Below are positions 8,419-15,626 of a DNA stretch of 18,766 nucleotides, in pieces (position 1 is the stretch's first letter; each line of letters starts with the position of its first letter). This DNA is from Bdellovibrionota bacterium. Its GTDB lineage: Bacteria; Bdellovibrionota_C; UBA2361; OMII01. The stretch spans positions 1 to 18,766 of the forward strand of contig JBIKWQ010000065.1 in NCBI GenBank assembly GCA_044356215.1, read 5' to 3'. The position numbers and the translations under genes are program-made. Under the pieces are notes generated by a model. The model ran no database searches. It was not told the DNA's origin and saw nothing but the letters and a program-made list of their open reading frames with translations.

Positions 8419-9171
8419 TTAAGGTTGGCACTGGCAGTCAAGCAGCACCATGTGGCAGTAATCCGGTCGATTCTCAACAGGTTTTGCACAGCATGGTTCG
8501 CTTGAACCGCAAGTGGTGCCAGACGGCGGATTGTTCGTGGGCGGTTTTCGGCATTGACCTGACGGGCACGTCGTAAGTTCGCTATCTCGGCCACTATCGG
8601 AATTATCGCTATTATTATTATCAGAGGCGCTGGGTAATTCTTGGGTAGAATTATCTTTGCTATTACTGGTACTATCGCTAGCAGGATCACCGGCACGACC
8701 GGCACCGCCAGCACCACCACCGCCACATTTAACAAGTACGTCATTCTCGCAACAGCATGGACTATCCGTTGCTCTTTTGTTGTAGGATTCACAACCCATT
8801 TCTACCTTCTGTCCCTCCCAAGGGCAGTCAGCAGATGATCCCGGGTCCTTTCCTTTATTGCTGCCCCCACCATTTGGGTTAGAAGGGCCGACGGCATCAG
8901 CCCCCGAAGTCCTAGTCTCAGGTTGTTGTGCAGCAGGTGATTGTTTTTGTCCATCTTTTGAAGCCTGGTTTTGCGGTAAAAAATTACTACCGCTAGTGTT
9001 TTGTGCGAAATAAAAACTGTTAGTATCCGTCGGCGCACTCGATTGTGGAATAGCGCTTCCATCGTCGATGTAGACAATATCCTCCCCCCAAGCCCGCCCC
9101 GCAGCCAAGCAAGCTATGCTTACTCCTAGACACGCTAGTAATCTTAGATTTTTTAAACTTGTTCTTTTCAT
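8419..9171 (-). CDS. Exported protein with Gly/Ser/Asn/Asp-rich linkers and two Cys-rich mini-domains (module gene B, copy 2)
   Basis: 250 aa; MKR start; signal peptide ends ...GRAWG|ED; Cys blocks of 6 and 8; SGSNF and GKDP motifs echo SGPNF and GKDP in 4622..5716. Confidence 0.85.
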   Translation of the reverse strand: MKRTSLKNLRLLACLGVSIACLAAGRAWGEDIVYIDDGSAIPQSSAPTDTNSFYFAQNTSGSNFLPQNQASKDGQKQSPAAQQPETRTSGADAVGPSNPNGGGSNKGKDPGSSADCPWEGQKVEMGCESYNKRATDSPCCCENDVLVKCGGGGAGGAGRAGDPASDSTSNSKDNSTQELPSASDNNNSDNSDSGRDSELTTCPSGQCRKPPTNNPPSGTTCGSSEPCCAKPVENRPDYCHMVLLDCQCQP

Positions 9172-9192
9172 GATCGGCTCTCTTTGTAGAAA

Positions 9193-9675
9193 TTATTTCT
9201 TCGAATCACTCACTTTAAAGTTCTTCACCACCAATACAAACTCAGCGACCTGATCCGGCTTCGCCATCTGCTGAATCATTAGCCCCTCATAAATCGTCGG
9301 GTCACTTAAGCTGGGAACTAATTCACCACGAAAATTTAATTTGGTTCCTTTTTTGTTTTTACCGGTCTTTACTACGTAAGTTGAAAGAAGAGGAAAACGC
9401 TCGGCGCAGATTGTCGAGCGCTTATCAGCCCTAAAACGCATGGAGAATCTATTTGGCTTGGCGTCACCCTCAAAACGATAGAGGCTCTTCTTGGCTGTGC
9501 ATTTTCTAAGAGCCGCCTTCGCGATCTTAATCCTCTCAGGCGCGGACATCTCCTTTCCGTCCTTGGCGTAAACTATCTGAACAGTCGGACCAGCCGCCAT
9601 ATTCTGAGCGAAAGCTGGCGCTCCGCTTAAGAGCACCCCGGTCGTCAGGGTAAATAAAAATAGAGCTTTTTTCAT
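9193..9675 (-). CDS. Exported small two-Cys protein, conserved module gene A, copy 2
   Basis: 160 aa; classic signal peptide ...APAFA|QN; roughly half of mature residues identical to 4070..4561 by manual alignment. Confidence 0.9.
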   Translation of the reverse strand: MKKALFLFTLTTGVLLSGAPAFAQNMAAGPTVQIVYAKDGKEMSAPERIKIAKAALRKCTAKKSLYRFEGDAKPNRFSMRFRADKRSTICAERFPLLSTYVVKTGKNKKGTKLNFRGELVPSLSDPTIYEGLMIQQMAKPDQVAEFVLVVKNFKVSDSKK

Positions 9676-9840
9676 GATCTTTGCTTTCTCCGCTTTTTTA
9701 CAAAAACTGACCTCAATGCCTTAAGAAGCAGGAAGTGAGGGTTTGGATGCGGGAATTTTTTAAGAAAAAATGTAACCACTTGCCAGAAAAGGCACCCCCG
9801 CTAGTAAGCAGTCCACGGTCGTTAGAGAGAAAGAGAGTTG

Positions 9841-9870
9841 TTGACTAGTGTGTATCCTGTAGGATACGAT
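9841..9870 (+). promoter_or_regulatory. Sigma70-type promoter with palindromic operator for the TA operon
   Basis: TTGACT (9841-9846), 18 nt, TACGAT (9865-9870); palindrome gtatcct-gt-aggatac at 9852-9867 overlaps the -10; ATG follows 6 nt after the -10. Confidence 0.75.
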
Positions 9871-9876
9871 TAGGGT

Positions 9877-10236
9877 ATGGGAGAAAATGAGCGAATTGTC
9901 ACGCTATTGGAAACGGAGAGTGGCATTTGTCCATTTGATCGGTGGTTCCAGGGTGTAAGGGACAAAAAAGCAAGGGCCTCAATTGGCTCAAAGATTACGC
10001 TCCTTCAGGACGCAACTTATAACAACTTTAAGTCTGTTGGTGAGGGGGTATATGAGCTGCGTATCTTTCTAGGGCCAGGTTATCGAATATACTTCGCGTT
10101 TTCGGGAAGTACAGTAGTAGTGCTCATTGCGGGTGGTGATAAGAATTCACAAGAAGAGGATATAAAAAAAGCAAAACATATCTGGAAGGAGTATAAAGAT
10201 GAAATTGAAAAACATAAGCGAGAGCTCTCTCTTTGA
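9877..10236 (+). CDS. Type II TA toxin, RelE/HigB superfamily (addiction module killer protein type)
   Basis: PFDRWF...FKSVGEGVYELRIFLGPGYRIYF...LIAGGDKNSQEEDIKKAK is the characteristic signature; toxin-first gene order. Confidence 0.93.
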   Translation: MGENERIVTLLETESGICPFDRWFQGVRDKKARASIGSKITLLQDATYNNFKSVGEGVYELRIFLGPGYRIYFAFSGSTVVVLIAGGDKNSQEEDIKKAKHIWKEYKDEIEKHKRELSL

Positions 10237-10504
10237 CGATCTTAAAGATCCTGAGTTTGCGGCCGCATATCTTGAGGCGGTTCTTCAGGATGGATCCCTT
10301 AATACTTTTCTTATCGCCCTTCGTAACGTAGCCGAGGCGACTGGAGGGATCGGCGCTCTTGCTAAAGCTACCGATTTAGGTCGAGAGAGTATGTATAAAA
10401 CACTCTCTGAAGAGGGAAATCCTCAGTTTTCAACGGTTCAAACTATACTCAAGGGATTGGGACTAAAGATATCAATCTCCCCAAACGATCAAGAAGCGGC
10501 TTAG
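10199..10504 (+). CDS. Type II TA antitoxin, HTH (addiction module antidote protein type)
   Basis: LKDPEFAAAYL...FLIALRNVAEATGGIGALAKATDLGRESMYKTLSEEGNPQFSTV; overlaps the toxin 3' end by 38 nt. Confidence 0.93.
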   Translation: MKLKNISESSLFDDLKDPEFAAAYLEAVLQDGSLNTFLIALRNVAEATGGIGALAKATDLGRESMYKTLSEEGNPQFSTVQTILKGLGLKISISPNDQEAA

Positions 10505-10551
10505 CGGAGTAAATCCGGTAAGTAGCGTGCGTACGTTTTTATCCTTAAATT

Positions 10552-10581
10552 CTACATCGAGGCCACGGAGGGCCACGGAGA
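10552..10581. repeat. Short dispersed repeat C, containing a ggccacggag tandem
   Basis: Inverted counterpart of 6194-6223; ggccacggag occurs twice in tandem at 10561-10580. Confidence 0.7.
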
Positions 10582-10618
10582 GCGGTGGCGGGTCAAACAT
10601 CGCGATTTCAGACCCTAA

Positions 10619-10678
10619 GCGGCGCGATTAGCGCCGTTACCGAGCAAAAACTCGCGTAAGCGAGGTTCTCCCTCGCTT
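10619..10678. terminator. Two GC-rich hairpins between convergent genes
   Basis: gcggcgc-gatta-gcgccgt and aagcgagg-ttctc-cctcgctt; neither has a clear U-tract. Confidence 0.35.
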
Positions 10679-10693
10679 CCTTAGCTAATTCCC

Positions 10694-11161
10694 TCATCTT
10701 GGTTCGTGGCTTCCCTTTAATTTCTTTAATAGCTCCGCGTCGGCGAGATCCTGCGGTCGTGCGGTGGCTAGCTTGTTTTGGATCAGGTCATCGAGAGATA
10801 TTACATTCACAATCAGGCCATCTATCTCAATAGGAGTTCTTCTCTCCCATGCTTCTTTGAACGCAACTCCTTTGATTTCATTTATTAAGTCAATTCGATG
10901 TGGCTCGATTCCCAATTGAATAATCTGACCAGCGCACTTGAAATCAGCTTCACTGATCCCCATAGAGGTAAAGCCAAACTCATCAATTACTTTTTTCATT
11001 TTTTCAGAGTTGTCATCCGAAGCGAGCAGGAAGAAGTCAATGTCTTTCGTATAACGAGGACGCCCGTGCAAGGCTACTGACCAGCCCCCAATCAGTAGAT
11101 ACTTAACACTATGAAAGTTTAATAATTTTATAAACTCTTTGAAGTCGCTGTTCAGTTTCAT
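10694..11161 (-). CDS. Minimal nucleotidyltransferase (Pol-beta superfamily, DUF6036/AbiEii-related type)
   Basis: LIGGWSVALHGRPRYTKDIDF (GG...DxD), RIDLI and C-terminal LIQNK..TARPQDLAD motifs. Confidence 0.85.
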   Translation of the reverse strand: MKLNSDFKEFIKLLNFHSVKYLLIGGWSVALHGRPRYTKDIDFFLLASDDNSEKMKKVIDEFGFTSMGISEADFKCAGQIIQLGIEPHRIDLINEIKGVAFKEAWERRTPIEIDGLIVNVISLDDLIQNKLATARPQDLADAELLKKLKGSHEPR

Positions 11162-11297
11162 TGGCTTTAGTCTGAGAATCTAAAATTTGGAAAAACTCAA
11201 GCAGCTTATCTCTATAGGACATATTCTTATAGAGCTCTATCTCTGCTTTCTCGGCATCTTCAAATGAGCTGAATTTACGTATAGTTTTTTCCGCCAT
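11109..11297 (-). CDS. Small helical partner protein of the nucleotidyltransferase
   Basis: 62 aa with FSSFEDAEKAEIELYKNMSYRDKL; overlaps the NTase start by 53 nt; has its own promoter upstream. Resembles the small genes commonly paired with this NTase class. Confidence 0.8.
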   Translation of the reverse strand: MAEKTIRKFSSFEDAEKAEIELYKNMSYRDKLLEFFQILDSQTKANETEQRLQRVYKIIKLS

Positions 11298-11303
11298 GTA
11301 TTG

Positions 11304-11312
11304 AGTATATCA
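11304..11312 (-). promoter_or_regulatory. Extended -10 promoter element (TGaTATACT)
   Basis: Minus strand reads TG-A-TATACT-caatac-ATG, with no Shine-Dalgarno sequence. Confidence 0.65.
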
Positions 11313-11397
11313 CAATATGACCCCATGCGCCTCTCTTAAAAATCATGGCGGCCCTCCCTCGGATCATTCCTCGGTGCCCCTTGTGATTCTCGTTCAA

Positions 11398-12015
11398 TTA
11401 CTTCCGTGAACCATCCACCAAAGAATTAACCCTACTAAGCACGGCTCTTCTTTTGGATTGATTCGGTATCCGGTCAATAAATTTATGAGCGCGCTCTAAG
11501 CTAAAGGTTCGTGGCAGCTCTAGCTCCGGAAGAGCGCCAAATAATTTTGAGCGACCGAGAGAGAGGTAGATGTAATCAACTAGGGCCTTCTCTGGTAACG
11601 CCATCTTAATCGTAGAACGTCCCAGCGTCTCGTAACCAAAAAAGAAGCCGGGCTCTACGTGGTGAATTGAGAATTCCCCGATCAGATTCCTGTAGCGCTT
11701 GGTTCTCGCGAGCGATACAGCGTAAACCACGGCGGGGATCTGAGATATCATCCCATGATGATAAAGAGCTGATTGTAGTGATATGTAGGTTTGATACGGG
11801 GTGGTCAAATACTCGGGAACGGCGAACGGATCGACCTTGTTTCCGATTAACCAGCGCCCACGACCAAGCCGTGTAACTCTCCGCTCCCTTACTAATCGAC
11901 ATAGGATATTAGATGCGTAAACAGTGGTGACATTTAGATAAGCCGCCACTTCGCGCGTTGTTAGACACGAAACCCCAATCTGAAGCAGTTTTGAGTCCGC
12001 CTGGAGGAGATTCAT
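11398..12015 (-). CDS. AbiEi-family (type IV TA antitoxin) transcriptional regulator
   Basis: N-terminal winged HTH (LTTREVA...RLGRGRW), YISLQSALYHHGMISQIP and ALPEKALVDYIY motifs; GAAGGA RBS at 12024-12029. Confidence 0.85.
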   Translation of the reverse strand: MNLLQADSKLLQIGVSCLTTREVAAYLNVTTVYASNILCRLVRERRVTRLGRGRWLIGNKVDPFAVPEYLTTPYQTYISLQSALYHHGMISQIPAVVYAVSLARTKRYRNLIGEFSIHHVEPGFFFGYETLGRSTIKMALPEKALVDYIYLSLGRSKLFGALPELELPRTFSLERAHKFIDRIPNQSKRRAVLSRVNSLVDGSRK

Positions 12016-12049
12016 CGGGCTAGTCCTTCGTTACTTTTTATAAGCTCCT

Positions 12050-12083
12050 ATAATACCAATAGTTTACAATACAGTAAACTATT
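12050..12083 (-). promoter_or_regulatory. Promoter with inverted-repeat operator upstream of the AbiEi gene
   Basis: Minus strand TTTACT, 17 nt, TATTAT with an extended TG; perfect 10-bp IR aatagtttac-aataca-gtaaactatt at 12058-12083 covers the -35. Confidence 0.75.
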
Positions 12084-12340
12084 TGCTTTTTAGCCTAAGC
12101 TAAATACCTAAAACCAATACCTAAATAGAAAACATACCTCTTGGACCGCGAGCTTCTAGCTCGCCTGGTCTTTAAGCCCCCCCCAACCAAGATTCTTTCT
12201 CCCTAATAAAATCTCCTAAACCCTTTTCACCCTAAACCATCATCTTAGTTTCGAGCACTCAGAAGTAACAAAAACTATTAAAGCTCTATCGAAATACTTT
12301 CGACGCTTCAAAGAGAATCAGGAAAGTAAGGGGGAAGATA

Positions 12341-12931
12341 ATGACCATAGATCACCGACAAAAACTTTTTAGTGGCGCGAAGCCTCTATCATTTACGCGA
12401 TATTTAACCGGCAAGGTTTTAAGCACTGTTTTTTTAAGTCTCTCTCTTAATGTAGCTGTCGCCAACGCCGCTCCATCAGCTCAGATGTACGACGCGGCGA
12501 TGAACGCGCCGCTTTCGGCAATTGCCCGACTAGATATTAAAGCCGCCGCTACAAAAAATTGTGGCCAAGCCAAAAATAAGAAGCGCGCCCAACAGCGCTA
12601 CGCCTTCCGCGCCGAGACGACTATCTCCGGAGCAAAGCTAGTAGTCTCCTCTGGCAAAGCGACCCCTAACTGCTCAGATGAGTTCCCAGTAGTAGCGACC
12701 CTCGCGGCTCCGGCTGATAAGCAAGGAGCTAAATCAAAGGATAGCTCAAACAGAGCGCGAGTCACCTTTAGGGGCACTCTCGCTAAGCGAACTGATAGCC
12801 CAAATGAGTATCACGGAGTCCTGATAGAGAATAATAAGGGGAGCGGAGCTCAATCAAAGAGAGCCAAGAATAGCAACGCCCCGCAGTTAGTAATTCAACT
12901 AGCCGACATAACTGTTTCTGAGGCGAGGTAG
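12341..12931 (+). CDS. Exported small two-Cys protein, conserved module gene A, copy 3 (divergent)
   Basis: 196 aa; GGGGGAAG RBS; signal ends ...VANA|AP; KNC, RYAF, CSDEFPVVAT, FRGTL, YHGVLI and APQLVI align in order with copies 1 and 2. Confidence 0.85.
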   Translation: MTIDHRQKLFSGAKPLSFTRYLTGKVLSTVFLSLSLNVAVANAAPSAQMYDAAMNAPLSAIARLDIKAAATKNCGQAKNKKRAQQRYAFRAETTISGAKLVVSSGKATPNCSDEFPVVATLAAPADKQGAKSKDSSNRARVTFRGTLAKRTDSPNEYHGVLIENNKGSGAQSKRAKNSNAPQLVIQLADITVSEAR

Positions 12932-12942
12932 AGAGAGAGAAG

Positions 12943-14667
12943 ATGAAAAGATCAACCAAAAAGACCACACGGCTAGAGCTGGGAGTTTTGTTCGGAGCGC
13001 TTTTAAATTTAGCGGCCACGCCCATAGCGAGCGCGGCGCCAAGTTTAGCTTTTTTTGATAAGGGAGCTAAATTAGTCGATATCACAACGGCAGGCGATTC
13101 AGGTAAGACCCGTGCCGGGGCGACTGTTGGTATTACAGCCCAGAACCCAGAGACGATCGCGGGGCAGAATGTAATTAAAGTTACCGTCGCTCTAACAAAT
13201 GGCGATAAGTCACAAGCTCTCTATTCAGGACTTATAACTCAAGATGGTGATGGATCGTATCAAGGAGCCTTAAAAGGCACAGCCGGAAGCTACGTCTCAA
13301 TCGTTGATCTATTAGTGACCGGAGGAGGTCAAAACGGAGGCGCGGGAGGTGCTGATAGCGCAGGCGGAGAGGGAGGCGATAGCTCAGGAAAAAATGGCAA
13401 CCCTAACGGCTCTGGAGGCGGAGGTAATTTTGCAGGTGGAGGCTGGGGTAAGTTTGGAGATTCTGGCAAAAACGGTGGTGGCTCAAATAACGGCGATGGT
13501 AATCGTCCAGCGGTAATGCCACGAAGAGATCTAATAGTAAGACTCTGCGGAGCTGATTTCGTGGAGATGACTGATAAAGACAATCCCCCCTTTGATCAAT
13601 TAACAAAGGTCTTCTGGCGCGACGCGGCTTGGCAGGGAGAGTTAAACGCTCTTTTAAGTGATATTGAAACGAGCAAGAAAAATAGCGGCAGTATCGACCA
13701 AGCTCTAGTTAAACGCACGCTAGAGGCGCTAGCAAAGTTGCCGATTGCGACGCACACATCGGTATCGGCCACCAGAAACTCTCAAGATCAACAGGTTTCT
13801 GAGTTAACCAAAGCAAACGGCTCAAGTCTGATTCTACGTAGCTTCGCGATCATCTATCCAGAGCTCGTTACTTACCTAGACCGCGCCGCGCGAACGAGTA
13901 ACGCGGTGGCGTCAGCAAGTGGATTAAGCTTTGAGGCTAAAGACGCCGCTAAGGTTCTTGGGCTCTTAGGTGGCCTAGATTCTGAGTGGGCGGTAGAGCC
14001 GGGTAATACAAAGCGTAGGGATGAGATAAACGCCCTTCTAGCTAATCCAGAGGAGTCACGGCAGCACAAGCAGGCTGTGATAGCCACGGTGCTAGCTGTT
14101 TGGTTTAGCGCCTCGATGACAGATGAGAAGGAGATGGCGCTCTATTTAGGTTTCGCTGACACGTATCTAAACACAGTGGGGGCGGGTTCTGTAGCGACGG
14201 TAGCCGGAGTTCAAGGATGGGTTAAGAACACCCTACACCTAGTAGCGCCGCGTTACACGCAGACACAGGATTCGCAGTGGCAAGCTCAGCGCGATCTATT
14301 AAACGCCAACATTAAAGACGCTCAAGACACATGGATAGCTTACTTAAAGCGCGAAGTTTTAGATCCAGAGAGGCTTGTAGCGTTTAAAGCGCGTTTTGGT
14401 GATTACGCTGAAGACCTAAGGGATCTCTCACAGGCGTTAGTGGATTACTCAACTGACGAGAAGAAGAAGATAGAGATCTTCGTTCGCATCGCGAGCTCCC
14501 TAGCGGGCAAAGATGGACTCCCACCAAACTGGCCGATACAGCGGTGGGTAACGGAGTTCTTTAAAGAGAATGAGGCGTTGTGTATGGAGGACTCAGGGGA
14601 CACCCAGCAAGACGCCGAAGCCGCCGATTTCGCGCTTAATCTGATTAGGTTGTTTTTGGCGGTGTAG
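12943..14667 (+). CDS. Exported protein: N-terminal beta-rich domain, Gly-rich linker, large helical domain (module gene B, copy 3)
   Basis: 574 aa; MKR start; signal ...IASA|AP; Gly/Asn/Ser linker at about 13321-13503; Ala/Leu/Glu-rich C-terminal region bracketed by the only two Cys. Confidence 0.85.
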   Translation: MKRSTKKTTRLELGVLFGALLNLAATPIASAAPSLAFFDKGAKLVDITTAGDSGKTRAGATVGITAQNPETIAGQNVIKVTVALTNGDKSQALYSGLITQDGDGSYQGALKGTAGSYVSIVDLLVTGGGQNGGAGGADSAGGEGGDSSGKNGNPNGSGGGGNFAGGGWGKFGDSGKNGGGSNNGDGNRPAVMPRRDLIVRLCGADFVEMTDKDNPPFDQLTKVFWRDAAWQGELNALLSDIETSKKNSGSIDQALVKRTLEALAKLPIATHTSVSATRNSQDQQVSELTKANGSSLILRSFAIIYPELVTYLDRAARTSNAVASASGLSFEAKDAAKVLGLLGGLDSEWAVEPGNTKRRDEINALLANPEESRQHKQAVIATVLAVWFSASMTDEKEMALYLGFADTYLNTVGAGSVATVAGVQGWVKNTLHLVAPRYTQTQDSQWQAQRDLLNANIKDAQDTWIAYLKREVLDPERLVAFKARFGDYAEDLRDLSQALVDYSTDEKKKIEIFVRIASSLAGKDGLPPNWPIQRWVTEFFKENEALCMEDSGDTQQDAEAADFALNLIRLFLAV

Positions 14668-14684
14668 GGGGGGGGCGGAGAGAT

Positions 14685-15596
14685 ATGGAGCTGAGAGGGA
14701 TGAGAGATAGAAGATTGTTTAGGCGCTGGGTGATTGTTAGCTTTGCAGTGGTGGCTTTTGTTGGGTTGGGGGGAGTTGAGGGGGTGAGGGGGGAGGATGG
14801 GGAATCTTCCGGATCATCAAACACACAGGGGCCAAGACTAGTTGCGAAGGGTCCGTGCCATGTGCCTATTAACATCGTCTATAGCTCTTCAACAGGGGAT
14901 GCTGGCGATGGGAATGGCCAGCTTTTTTTCTTCTTCAATTATGAGCAGGACCAAACTAAAGGCGCGGATATGATGCTATTAGTGAGCTTGCCAGCAGGGT
15001 GTGGATTATACGAAAACGCAGGACAGCAATTTATTAAGTGCAAAGATGAAAACCCAGAAGTTAATATCATAGCCAAATTCGAGGGGCGACTAGATCAACA
15101 AACAAATACATCTGTAACGGGGGGCTTCAGCGTCCCGCTAGGACCGAACGGAGGCTTGGGTGGTGGAAAAGGAGCCAGTTGGACTAAAGTAAGTTCGACG
15201 AATACAGTTAATTTTCTAAGCGACGAGATGTACCGGCAGGGGGTACTGAAACCAATACCTGTCAAATTACCCTCACAAGCGAACGAGCCGATTATGGTTG
15301 ACGCCGTTCTAAACGCGCAAGCACAAGACCGTCGCGGAAAAGAAAAAAGTGTATTTGATTTATTAGATGAGGCAACACTGAAGTACATAGAGTTCGCTGA
15401 AACATTTAATGCTAATCAAAAACATACAACCCCTTGGATTAGAAAGATGTTTACTCCGGATCAACAATGGGATTCTGATGCTCAATTGAGAACCACATCC
15501 TTTATTAGTGGCCAAATTAAAGATAAAAAGAGAAAAGAGAAACAGGAACATTATAATCTTCAATATCATGTGCTGCCGTTAAAAAGCTTGAATTAA
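14685..15596 (+). CDS. Exported hypothetical protein
   Basis: 303 aa; GGAGAG RBS (alternative start 14700); Arg-rich N-terminus plus hydrophobic helix ending ...GVRG|ED. Confidence 0.8.
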   Translation: MELRGMRDRRLFRRWVIVSFAVVAFVGLGGVEGVRGEDGESSGSSNTQGPRLVAKGPCHVPINIVYSSSTGDAGDGNGQLFFFFNYEQDQTKGADMMLLVSLPAGCGLYENAGQQFIKCKDENPEVNIIAKFEGRLDQQTNTSVTGGFSVPLGPNGGLGGGKGASWTKVSSTNTVNFLSDEMYRQGVLKPIPVKLPSQANEPIMVDAVLNAQAQDRRGKEKSVFDLLDEATLKYIEFAETFNANQKHTTPWIRKMFTPDQQWDSDAQLRTTSFISGQIKDKKRKEKQEHYNLQYHVLPLKSLN

Positions 15597-15626
15597 CAAA
15601 CCCACATCCATCTAAAGAACAAAGAT

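Noticed and set aside
8358..9077. ORFs 8358..8792, 8641..8838 and 8802..9077
   Set aside because: Alternate-frame or antisense overlaps of 8419..9171, which has the signal peptide and paralogue support; their hydrophobic runs are frame-shifted linker codons.
12092..12184. tacctaaa repeats, hairpin gaccgcgagct-tct-agctcgcctggtc and a C8 run
   Set aside because: Possibly another REP-like remnant, but it is single-copy in this window and cannot be supported further.
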